From an uncultured virus (IMG/VR IMGVR_UViG_3300027708_000053) (lineage: Duplodnaviria; Heunggongvirae; Uroviricota; Caudoviricetes), in IMG/VR virus record IMGVR_UViG_3300027708_000053: a DNA stretch of 20,000 bases; one strand, given 5' to 3'. This document shows, one piece after another, positions 9,211 to 18,100 of the stretch. The translations under genes were made by a program, and so were the position numbers. The notes under the pieces are model-generated. The model was not told the DNA's origin. It made no database searches and saw only the letters and a list, made by a program, of their open reading frames with translations. Within the stretch, counting starts at the first letter, position 1. The number at the start of each line of letters is the position of its first letter.

Positions 9211-10386
9211 ATGACTATTGCAGTAGCTAACGTATCAAATACCGATACCTTCGGTTCTTGGTTATCGAAAACAAATACACTTGCCACTATTGTATCTCAG
9301 AATACAGTTACTGTTGACACTTCTTCAGCCGGATCTTTATCAACCGGAAACGCATATGTAAATGGTTATTTTGGCGCAAACACCCTAGTTGCTTATACGG
9401 GTATTGCTGGTGGGACTTTAGCTACCGGCAATACACTTAATTTAATTACAAATACTGCTTTTACTTATGCAAGTTCAAATTTAGTATCATTTAATGCAAA
9501 TTCAATATATTCAAACGTAGTAATTACAACCAATTCAATTTATATTATAGCCACCGGTGGTAATACGACTATCGGTGGCAATTACTTAAATATTAATGCA
9601 AGTGTTACAAATGTAACTTCTGGTACATTAAATGCCACTGGTAATACAACTATTACAGGTAATACAATATTAAAAGCAAATAGTGTTTATAATGTTTTTG
9701 CTGTTAACGGTACACAAATAGTTGCAAATACTTCGAATACCACAATCGTTGGAAATGTATATCTTTCTAATACTTTAAGCGTTGTAGGAGCAGTAAATCT
9801 TCAGTCAACGGCAAACGTGACAGGAAATTTAGGTGTTGGTGGTAATGCAAACGTAATCGGTAATATGGCGGTTGGTGGAAGTCTTGCGGTTTCAGGGAGT
9901 TTAACTTATTCCGGAACAGCCGCAGGTAATATAGTTCCGGCATCAAGTAATTATTATAATATTGGTAATTCTAGTTCATCCTGGCTTTACGGTTATTTTA
10001 ACTATGTGATATCCTCAAATATTTCTACAACTGGAATATTATTACTTAATTCGATAGCGCATAAATATGCAAATACTTATACATTTAATAATAGTACTGC
10101 GGCCGCAAATATAGATGTCGTCTTGACTTCATCATATCGTTCTTTTGAATATACGGTTCAACTTTCGGATACGACTGTAACGCCGACACCATATTATCAT
10201 ATGACAAAACTTATTATTCTTCATGATGGAACAACACCATACATAACAGAATATCAGACCTTATTCAATAGTGTTTCTCTTGGTACTTTTGATGCAGTTA
10301 TTAGTGGTGGTAATATTGCTTTACAGCTAACTCCAACGACAGCAAACGTTGTGGCTAAATTCATCAGAACTTCCATCGTTCCATAA
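9211..10386 (+). CDS. Tail fibre / baseplate-attached fibre protein
   Basis: N-terminal DTFGSWLSKTN attachment-type motif, an N/T/S/G-rich beta shaft, and a C-terminal YRSFEYTVQL..HDGTTPYITEY..LGTFDAVISGGNIALQLTP domain seen in T4-like fibres. Confidence 0.7.
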   Translation: MTIAVANVSNTDTFGSWLSKTNTLATIVSQNTVTVDTSSAGSLSTGNAYVNGYFGANTLVAYTGIAGGTLATGNTLNLITNTAFTYASSNLVSFNANSIYSNVVITTNSIYIIATGGNTTIGGNYLNINASVTNVTSGTLNATGNTTITGNTILKANSVYNVFAVNGTQIVANTSNTTIVGNVYLSNTLSVVGAVNLQSTANVTGNLGVGGNANVIGNMAVGGSLAVSGSLTYSGTAAGNIVPASSNYYNIGNSSSSWLYGYFNYVISSNISTTGILLLNSIAHKYANTYTFNNSTAAANIDVVLTSSYRSFEYTVQLSDTTVTPTPYYHMTKLIILHDGTTPYITEYQTLFNSVSLGTFDAVISGGNIALQLTPTTANVVAKFIRTSIVP

Positions 10387-10395
10387 GAGGTTAAA

Positions 10396-10722
10396 ATGGC
10401 AGCCAAAGTAAACATTGTAATTGATCAAGGTGCTACGTTCAATACAACGTATACAATTCATGATGCAATTGATGAACCAATTGACTTTACTGGGTTTACA
10501 GCCAACTCACAAATTAGAAAATCGTATTCTTCTTCAAATTCTTATACGTTTGATGTAATTTTAAATAATACTGGTTTAGTCACTCTTTCCATGAATGCAG
10601 CAACAACTAGTAGTATTGTTGCCGGTCGTTATGTTTATGATGTTGAGGTCGAAAGTCAATCCGGCATTCGTTCTCGTATCGTTGAAGGAATTGTAACTGT
10701 TACTCCACAAGTGACGAGGTAA
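10396..10722 (+). CDS. Small Ig-like virion adaptor protein (BppU-N-like), common in T4-like phages
   Basis: NIVIDQGATF..DFTGFTANSQIRKSYSS..GRYVYDVEV..RIVEGIVTVTPQVTR. SD GAGG at 10387-10390. Confidence 0.75.
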   Translation: MAAKVNIVIDQGATFNTTYTIHDAIDEPIDFTGFTANSQIRKSYSSSNSYTFDVILNNTGLVTLSMNAATTSSIVAGRYVYDVEVESQSGIRSRIVEGIVTVTPQVTR

Positions 10723-10723
10723 T

Positions 10724-11071
10724 ATGTCTTTCGTAGTCAAATCTGTAACTACCAATCAATATAAGGTTAAAGTAGTCAATCAGAACGGCTCACTTCTGAC
10801 GATGCCGGCTAGTGTCCCTGTTGTTACTGCTTCGGCTATTTCCGACCTTACAAAGTTTTCAAATACTTCTGCTATGCTGGCGAATGACGCCACAACGTAT
10901 GCAAATGCAATAGCCTACGCATCAAATCTTGTATCCAATGTTACCGTGGCTTCTATTACTGATGTTCAGCTTTCACAAGTTCCTCCGGCAAATAATAGCA
11001 CGCTGGTGTTCAATACAACAAATAATAAATATGTCGTTAGACAAATGGATCTAGACGGGGGAAATTTTTAA
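10724..11071 (+). CDS. Short fibre-associated protein ending in LDGGNF
   Basis: 115 aa. SD GAGG just upstream of the previous stop codon. Contains a fibre-type ITDV..NSTLVFN motif and a C-terminal LDGGxF. Confidence 0.7.
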   Translation: MSFVVKSVTTNQYKVKVVNQNGSLLTMPASVPVVTASAISDLTKFSNTSAMLANDATTYANAIAYASNLVSNVTVASITDVQLSQVPPANNSTLVFNTTNNKYVVRQMDLDGGNF

Positions 11072-12778
11072 GTGGCAAATTTAATTCAGATCAAACGTAG
11101 TACCACCGCTAGTACTCCAGGATCTTTAGCTAATGGCGAGCTCGCCTATACATCGAATGGTGATGTTCTTTATATTGGTAGTCCAAATGGTAGTATTGTT
11201 GCGATTGGTGGCGTAAGGGTTCCTGGATTCCTAACTGCAAATCAGGCACTTGTAGCAAATACAACTGGATATCTTAACGAAATCAGAGCGGCAAATCTTG
11301 TTGCAACCAAAGTTTATGCTAACGGTGCTTTTGGTACTAACGGACAAGTTATAACATCCAATTCAACTGGTGGAATTTACTGGAATACTCCTCTACCCGG
11401 TGTTGTCGGTTCGAATACACAAGTTCAGTTTAATAATAGCGGTGCTCTTGGGGCTAACGCAAATCTGACATTTGACCAAGCAACTGCTACCCTAGCAACA
11501 GTTAATATCAATTCTAATACTGTAAACGCAGCTGTTTATACCGTCGGTTCAAGTTTTGTAGCCAACAGCACTGGCGCATTCCTGACTGGTACTGTCAATG
11601 CTTCTTCAGTATCTCTTGGTAGTAATTTTGTTGTTAATGCCACAGGTGTTTTTGTTGCTAATAGTGTAAATGCTTCATCATTCTCTGTCGGTTCAAATTT
11701 TGTTGCAAATTCAACCAAAGTCGTAATCGGTTCAAGTGTTGGGTTGCAAGCTAATGGTAGTATCGGAACAGCTGGTCAGGTACTGCTTTCTAATGCTTCT
11801 TCTGCTTATTGGGGTGATAGAGTTTCTTCGGTTGCTACAGGTAATGGTCTTATTGGTGGTACCATCACCACAACCGGTACCCTATCAGTTCTTGCAAACA
11901 ATGGTATTATTGCCAATTCAAGCGGTGTATTTGTAAATCCAGGGACTGGTGTCACTGTTAACTCTTCCGGTGTTTATATTGGTCAGCCTGTTGCTGTTAC
12001 CGATAGTGTTACATTTGATTCAATCAGTGCCACAGGTAACGTTGTTCTTGGTAATAATATTGTTGACAATATAAGTTTTATTGGTAGAGCCAATACAAAT
12101 TTTAATCCAGCGGCGAACGTTGCCTACGATATCGGTCAATCAGGTCAGCGCTGGAATTATGTTTGGGCTGCAAACGTTCATGCCACTCGCGGTTATATTG
12201 AAGGTAATCTAGAAGTCGGTGGTGATATTTTTGTCACTGGTAACCTTGTAACCACAAACGTTAGCTCGGTAATCATTTCGGATCCTCTGATTATTCTAGC
12301 TTCTAATAATCATACTTCAGATCTAGTAGACATTGGTTTCGTCGGTCACTATTATGATGGAACTACAGATAGACATACTGGTGTTATTAGACATGCTGCT
12401 ACGGATGCTTATTATCTGTTTAAAAACTATACAACAGAACCTGGCAGCAATGTTGTTGATATCAACGACCCATCTTTCAAACTGTCTTCAGTATGGGCAT
12501 ATCTGAATTCCAGTGGTATAACAACAAATGCAACATCAGTTGTTGTAACTGCAAACTCTACGGTTAATGTAGCAATCATCGCTAACTCAATTTCAATATC
12601 ATCACCGCTGATGGCAAATAGTGGTGGTACTGGAATAAACACAGTTACAAATAATGCTATTCTGGTTGGTAATTCCACTAATGGATTTACTCAATTGGCT
12701 CTAGGAACTTCAGGTTATGTATTACAGTCAAATGGAACTGCTCTAGTTTATAACATACTTGATGGTGGAACATTCTAA
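11072..12778 (+). CDS. Tail fibre protein with Mtd-N-like N-terminus and C-terminal LDGGTF
   Basis: GTG start with a GGGGG SD-like run upstream. N-terminus IQIKRSTTASTPGSLANGELAY, GQV[IL]xSN..YW fibre modules, and an ISDPLIILA..DIGFVGHY domain. Confidence 0.78.
   Translation: MANLIQIKRSTTASTPGSLANGELAYTSNGDVLYIGSPNGSIVAIGGVRVPGFLTANQALVANTTGYLNEIRAANLVATKVYANGAFGTNGQVITSNSTGGIYWNTPLPGVVGSNTQVQFNNSGALGANANLTFDQATATLATVNINSNTVNAAVYTVGSSFVANSTGAFLTGTVNASSVSLGSNFVVNATGVFVANSVNASSFSVGSNFVANSTKVVIGSSVGLQANGSIGTAGQVLLSNASSAYWGDRVSSVATGNGLIGGTITTTGTLSVLANNGIIANSSGVFVNPGTGVTVNSSGVYIGQPVAVTDSVTFDSISATGNVVLGNNIVDNISFIGRANTNFNPAANVAYDIGQSGQRWNYVWAANVHATRGYIEGNLEVGGDIFVTGNLVTTNVSSVIISDPLIILASNNHTSDLVDIGFVGHYYDGTTDRHTGVIRHAATDAYYLFKNYTTEPGSNVVDINDPSFKLSSVWAYLNSSGITTNATSVVVTANSTVNVAIIANSISISSPLMANSGGTGINTVTNNAILVGNSTNGFTQLALGTSGYVLQSNGTALVYNILDGGTF
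11519..11720 (+). repeat. Three degenerate 72-nt (24-aa) tandem repeats within the fibre gene
   Basis: TVNAAVYTVGSSFVANSTGAFLTG / TVNASSVSLGSNFVVNATGVFVAN / SVNASSFSVGSNFVANSTK, with a 72-nt period. Confidence 0.75.
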
Positions 12779-12793
12779 AGGAGAATTTATATT

Positions 12794-13324
12794 ATGAGTG
12801 AAACTGATAATGACTTTTTTGTTGAAACGTATATAAAGAAACAAGAATCACTTTTTCTTGAACAAATGCGTAGACTACTACAGGCTGATACAAAATCAAC
12901 TGTATTGGAAATGGCTCTTAACGAACGTAATGCCACCATTTCAGAATTGGAAGAACAAGTAAGACAACTGAATACTGCAATTAATCAAGCTGTAAATGGT
13001 TTGCAGTCGATTACCAATGATAGAGATGGATTAAAGAAAAAACTTGACGAAGCTGAAGAAAGAATAGTGTATCTAACAGATTTTCAAAACAAATATAAAA
13101 CAGTAGAAAATGAACTTGCAAATAAATCTGTAACAGTAAACAAGCTTAGTACCAAAGTTGAAACTTATCAAAAAGATATGGATCAAATGAAAGAAAACTA
13201 CAATAAAGTAAGTGGAGCTTTGGAAGAAGCTAATAGTAAACTATCAAAACTCAGCACTATTAAAAACAATAAAAAGAAACTGACGCCTAGCGACTCAGAG
13301 TGGACTGATGGCAACCAAGTTTAA
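12794..13324 (+). CDS. Coiled-coil protein, possible fibre assembly chaperone
   Basis: 176 aa with heptad-rich E/K/L/Q composition. Strong SD AGGAG at 12779-12783. Sits between two fibre genes. Confidence 0.7.
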   Translation: MSETDNDFFVETYIKKQESLFLEQMRRLLQADTKSTVLEMALNERNATISELEEQVRQLNTAINQAVNGLQSITNDRDGLKKKLDEAEERIVYLTDFQNKYKTVENELANKSVTVNKLSTKVETYQKDMDQMKENYNKVSGALEEANSKLSKLSTIKNNKKKLTPSDSEWTDGNQV

Positions 13325-14258
13325 AGTCAAACGAAGTTTAATAAGTGGTGTAATACCCACAACCCTAGATCTTGATCTAGGTGAACTAGGTGTCAATCTA
13401 GCTGATAAGAAAGTATACACTTCCAACGGCAGTTCTGTATTTGAACTTAGTTCTAATGTATCAAATATTTCAATAACCGGGAATCTGACTTTTGGTTCCG
13501 GTGGTTTTTATGCAAACGGTGATTCTGGTGCTGCTGGTCAGGTTCTTACCAGTAATGGAAGTTCGGTTTATTGGGCAACTTCTGCTGCAAAAGCCTCGGT
13601 ACAAATAAGCAGTATAGCTCCATCATCACCTCCCCCAAATGACGGCGACCTTTGGTGGAATAGTAATACTTTAACTCTTTACATTTACAGAAACTTCCAG
13701 TGGGTTGTTGCTATAGCCAATGGCGGATCCAATACAAACATACAGTTCAATGATTCGTCCTTACTTGGCGGTTCAAATAACTTTACCTATAATAAGACAA
13801 CAGGAACATTGTCTGTTAGTAATGTAACGATCAATTCAACTTCAATCAGTACCAACACCGCAAATATTGTTCTAGGTAATACGTCTGTTATTGTTGCTAA
13901 TGGTAGCTTTGGTTCGAATGGTCAAGTCCTCACCAGCAATGGTTCTGGTATGTACTGGGGTTATGGTGGTGGTGGTCCATATGTTAAATTAACATCAAAT
14001 ACAACATTGACTCCGTATAGATCATTTCTTGCGGATACAAGTAATGGTTCAATTTATCTTACTTTGCCTGCATCTCCTAGTGTAGGACAAAGATTGTCAA
14101 TTGCCGATGGTGGTGGGAGTAAACTAACAAATCCGGCTGTAATTTTAAGAAACGGGTCGACAATTGGTGATACTTCAAACGATTTATCATTTGATATGAC
14201 AGATACAATTGCTGAATTCGTTTATACCGGGTCGACATGGAAAGTGTTTACTGTATGA
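13308..14258 (+). CDS. Tail fibre protein with Mtd-N-like N-terminus and a T4 gp34/gp9-10-like C-terminal module
   Basis: KVKRS..P..LDLGELGVNLADKKVY, PNDGDLWWNS, two GQVLTSNG..YW modules, and C-terminal ADTSNGSIYLTLPASPSVG..RNGSTIG..FVYTGSTW. Overlaps the upstream gene by 17 nt. Confidence 0.78.
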   Translation: MATKFKVKRSLISGVIPTTLDLDLGELGVNLADKKVYTSNGSSVFELSSNVSNISITGNLTFGSGGFYANGDSGAAGQVLTSNGSSVYWATSAAKASVQISSIAPSSPPPNDGDLWWNSNTLTLYIYRNFQWVVAIANGGSNTNIQFNDSSLLGGSNNFTYNKTTGTLSVSNVTINSTSISTNTANIVLGNTSVIVANGSFGSNGQVLTSNGSGMYWGYGGGGPYVKLTSNTTLTPYRSFLADTSNGSIYLTLPASPSVGQRLSIADGGGSKLTNPAVILRNGSTIGDTSNDLSFDMTDTIAEFVYTGSTWKVFTV

Positions 14259-14266
14259 TAAAAAAG

Positions 14267-14274
14267 TATAAATA
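14267..14274 (+). promoter_or_regulatory. T4-type late promoter (TATAAATA)
   Basis: Exact match in the intergenic gap, 29 nt upstream of ATG 14304. Confidence 0.8.
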
Positions 14275-14303
14275 GAATGGATATATTTACGGAATTAATG
14301 TAA

Positions 14304-15077
14304 ATGTTAAAGCTTTCAAATTTATACCAAAATACTTCTGCTATAGCCGCGGCTGCTGCACCATCAGAGTTTGCTATGCATGCTCTTTCGCGCGATGCAA
14401 ATGGTTTACTAACATATACAAAGGTTTTGTGGTCTAATACCGCTGAAACAGTCAATATGACAAATATGACTGGTAAAGGTTTTGCATATAATGGTATGGA
14501 AGAATTCATTAACGGTTACACTTTAAGCAATGCTATGCATAATCTAGACAAGATTACAAGTGATCAAGTCGGTGAAAAAAATGTTATTACAAATACTTTT
14601 CTTGTTAGAGTAACTTCAGTTGGCGGCAATACTCAGTATACTATTAATGGTGATACAAGTCCGGTATTGTATTTGACTAAAGGTTCCACCTATAAGTTCG
14701 TAACGGAAGACAGTTCTACTATCGGTCATCCAATTTTCATCTCAACCGTTCCGAGCGGCAATTCTTATACGAACGAATATTTGTATGGCGTGGAATTTTC
14801 TAGATCGGCAAATGTTAGCGCTCAAACTCCAGATGCAAATACATCAACATCAAATCCTTTGATTTTTACAGTTCCTGTTGATGCGCCGAAACAGCTTTAC
14901 TATGCTTCTGGAAATGATATTGGGTGTTTCGGAATTATTCGTATGGAAGAAGCATTGACAAACACAGTGAATAGAAAATATGAGCAAGTTAGATTTGATA
15001 ATCAACAACTGAATTATTATTTAAATTCTCGAGGATTTTTGGTTGCTCGCTACGGCGCTGATTATTCTTATTCCTAA
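14304..15077 (+). CDS. Virion structural protein with an inserted degenerate cupredoxin-like domain
   Basis: Outer motifs HALSRDANGLLTYTKV and KYEQVRFDNQQLNYYLNSRGFLVAR flank a PVLYLTKGSTYKF..GHPIFIST..FTVPVDAPKQLYY module. Confidence 0.7.
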   Translation: MLKLSNLYQNTSAIAAAAAPSEFAMHALSRDANGLLTYTKVLWSNTAETVNMTNMTGKGFAYNGMEEFINGYTLSNAMHNLDKITSDQVGEKNVITNTFLVRVTSVGGNTQYTINGDTSPVLYLTKGSTYKFVTEDSSTIGHPIFISTVPSGNSYTNEYLYGVEFSRSANVSAQTPDANTSTSNPLIFTVPVDAPKQLYYASGNDIGCFGIIRMEEALTNTVNRKYEQVRFDNQQLNYYLNSRGFLVARYGADYSYS

Positions 15078-15080
15078 ATA
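15074..15080 (+). promoter_or_regulatory. Probable variant late promoter (CTAAATA) overlapping the stop codon, upstream of 15112
   Basis: TAAATA core followed by an A-rich spacer and a GGGGA SD, at a spacing similar to the other late promoters. Confidence 0.45.
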
Positions 15081-15111
15081 ATAAAAAATAATAAAGATTC
15101 GGGGACATTAA

Positions 15112-18100
15112 ATGGTCGATTTTGTACTAGGCAGACTAAAATTTACTTACCAAGGTAACTGGACAACCACATTTGCCTACATCAAAGACGACATCGTAAC
15201 TTACGGTGGACGTACGTATGTTTGTGTCACCAATCACACATCAAATGCTTCTGCTTCGGGTGGTTTTTATTCTGATTCCGCTAACTGGAATCTGATCTCT
15301 GACGGTATTCAGTACAAGGGTGCCTGGTCGAACGGAGTATACTATAAGGTAAACGACCTTGTAAAGTATGGACCTGACATCTGGATTTGTACTGCTGGTC
15401 ACACTTCTGGTTCAACATTCCAAAGCACAGAATCAAACTTCACTGTATTCGTCAACGGTCTTGAGTTCCTAAACAGCTACAATAATTCCACTCAGTATAC
15501 CATCGGCGACGTAGTAACATACGGTGGTTATGTTTATGCAGCTAAGACAGACACTCTAGGTAACCTACCAACAAATGCTACTTACTGGAGCGTTGTAACT
15601 ACCGGTTATAATCCTCGTGGTGCATGGTCTAGTGGTACTGCATATAAAATCGGTGATACGGTAATCTATGGTGCTTACAGCTACGTAGCATCTCAGGATA
15701 GCACTGGACAAGTTCCAGCTCCAGCTTCTTCTTACTGGACTCAAGTTGCTGCTGGTACTAAGTTTATTGGTACTTGGTCTAGCGGAACTGGCTATAAACT
15801 TGGAGATATTGTAACTTATGGTGCTTATAGCTACGTTGCTCTACAGGACGGAACCAATCAAAATCCTTCAACGGCTGGTTCTTATTGGCAACAACTAAAT
15901 CCCGGCAATCAGTTCAGATCAACATACTCTGCTGGTACCACCTATAATAAAGGTGATATCGTAACGTATGGTGGTAACTCATACATTGCCATTCAGGATA
16001 CTATTGGTAACACACCAACAAATGCAACTTACTGGACTGCTCTGGTTTCTGGCTTCTCTTTTCAAGGTGCGTGGTCAGGCGCTACAGCTTACAAAGTTGG
16101 ACAGGTTGTAACGTATAGCGGTTATTCATATATCTGTATTCAGGATGCTTCATCTGGTACTGCTCCTTCGAATGGCACTTACTGGACTGCATTAAATTCT
16201 GGATTCAAGTGGAACAATGCTTGGGCAAATGCAACGTCATACCAGACTGGCGACGTTGTAAGCTATGGTGGTTCTTCTTATGTGTCTGCTGGTTATAACA
16301 ATGTCAATAACGCGCCAACACCAAGCTCTAACGTCTACTGGCAGCTAGTTGCTCAAGGCACAACTGCTAATCTTGGGTTGACTACCCTTGGTGACACTCT
16401 GTTCTATAACGTCAGTGGTCTAGATCGTCTTCCGATCGGCTCTAATAACACCATTATGACTTCGAATGGAACAACATTATCTTGGGGCAATCCAGGCGTT
16501 TCCGCAAATGCTTATTATGTTTCGCCAAACGGTGTTGACGCTGCCGGTTATGGTTCTACTATTCAGAAACCATTCAAAACAATTCAATATGCTACTCAGC
16601 AAACCAGTGGTCTATCTACAATCTTTGTAAAAACCGGTACATATACTGAACAGCTTCCTATCGTTGTTCCACCGAACGTTTCGATCGTTGGTGAAACAAT
16701 GCGTACGACTATTGTTCAGCCAATAACTGGCGTTCTGAGTAATGATGGTGTAAATAATAACGAAAACTCAACGATGTTCCAGATGTCTGATGGAACATCG
16801 TTGAATAGTATTTCAATGAGAGGAATGACTGGATTCGTTCCTTCTGGTAATGATATCACTGGCGCCACTCTCAAGGGTATAGGTATTGCTTTTAACCCTT
16901 CGAGTCCAATAACTACAAAGAGTCCATATATTGTATATTGCTCGGCGCTCTTCACTAGTGGTATTGGTGCATTGGTTGATGGTTCGGTTCACGCTTCTGG
17001 TAATAGAAGTATGCTGTTCCACTCATTTACAAACATCGCTGATAACGGTGTAGGTATCTATGCAAAGGATAAAGGTAAATCGGAAGTTGTTTCCTGCTTT
17101 ACTTACTTTGCTTATTTCGGTTACGCTGCTTCTGGTGGTGGTATTATTCGAAGCCTGAACGGTAACCATTCTTATGGTAATTATGGTTCGTTCGCTAGAG
17201 GTTATGACACAACCGAAGTTTCATCAAACGGTGTTGTTTATGGTAATATGCTTACCCTCAACTCCAATGCTGTAAACTATAGTGTTGGTGAAACAATCGT
17301 TGGTAGCGTAACAGGCGCAAGAGGTACTGTAACTGCGGTGCAGGGTACCGCTGGAACTGTTTACTATTATAAGTCTAATGCGAATACGTTCACAACAAAT
17401 GAAACAGTAACTGGTCTGAGCAGTACGTATGCTGCCAATACTCTTTCTTCAAACAGTGTAACTGGTCAGGCTGGATTTATTCTAGTTGTCAGCGGTCTTC
17501 CACAGGCTCCTGGTATCGGTCAGAGCTTGAATTTTACGAGTGGTGATACTCAGTCATACATCATTCAGAATTATTCTGGTACATATATCAATTCAAGCAG
17601 CGTGCTTCAGCTCGTTCTTACTGCTCAAAAAACAACACCATCTTCGAATGGTGCTGCTATACAAATCAGAAGTAACTTCAGTAACATTCGTCTAACAGGT
17701 CACGACTTCTTGAGTGTAGGAACTGGTAATACTACAACCAGTGGATACCCGAATGTCAATAATGCTTTGACGATTCAGGCTCAGGAAACTTCAGCTGCAA
17801 ATGTTGGTCGTGTTTACTATACCTCTACTGACCAAGACGGTAATTTTCGTGTAGGTTCATATTTTGCCGTTAATCAGGCGACCGGTGCTGCTACACTGAA
17901 TGCCTCTGCGTTCAATCTATCTGGTCTTACATCTCTACGTCTTGGTTCTATTGGCGCGCAGGTCGGCGCTCTGATCAGTGAATTCTCCACCGATGGAACC
18001 CTAAGTGCAAACAGCGATGCAAAAGTTCCAACACAGCAAGCTGTAAAGACCTATGTTGATAATAAAGCTGCTCAGGTCTTTACACTTGATGACATTTCAC

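Noticed and set aside
9082..11031. Additional NATAAATA variants at 9082, 10060 and 11024
   Set aside because: Intragenic, imperfect matches in AT-rich DNA that cannot be distinguished from chance without transcript data.
11072..14258. Diversity-generating retroelement suggested by the Mtd-N-like N-termini
   Set aside because: No reverse transcriptase, no C-type-lectin variable region, and no near-identical TR/VR pair differing at adenines was seen in the window.
14277..14303. Mini-ORF MDIFTELM in frame just before 14304
   Set aside because: Its ATG lies only 2 nt after TATAAATA, probably upstream of the transcription start, and it has no SD.
1938..14306. Stop-codon recoding or systematic read-through (7 of 12 gene junctions are in frame; no gene ends in TAG)
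   Set aside because: 7 of 12 versus about 4 expected is weak. Most downstream genes have their own SD, ORFs are full length under the standard bacterial code, and TAA preference is normal in AT-rich phages.
15142..16359. CRISPR-like or non-coding repeat array
   Set aside because: The repeats are in-frame protein repeats with synonymous divergence, not identical repeats separated by spacers.
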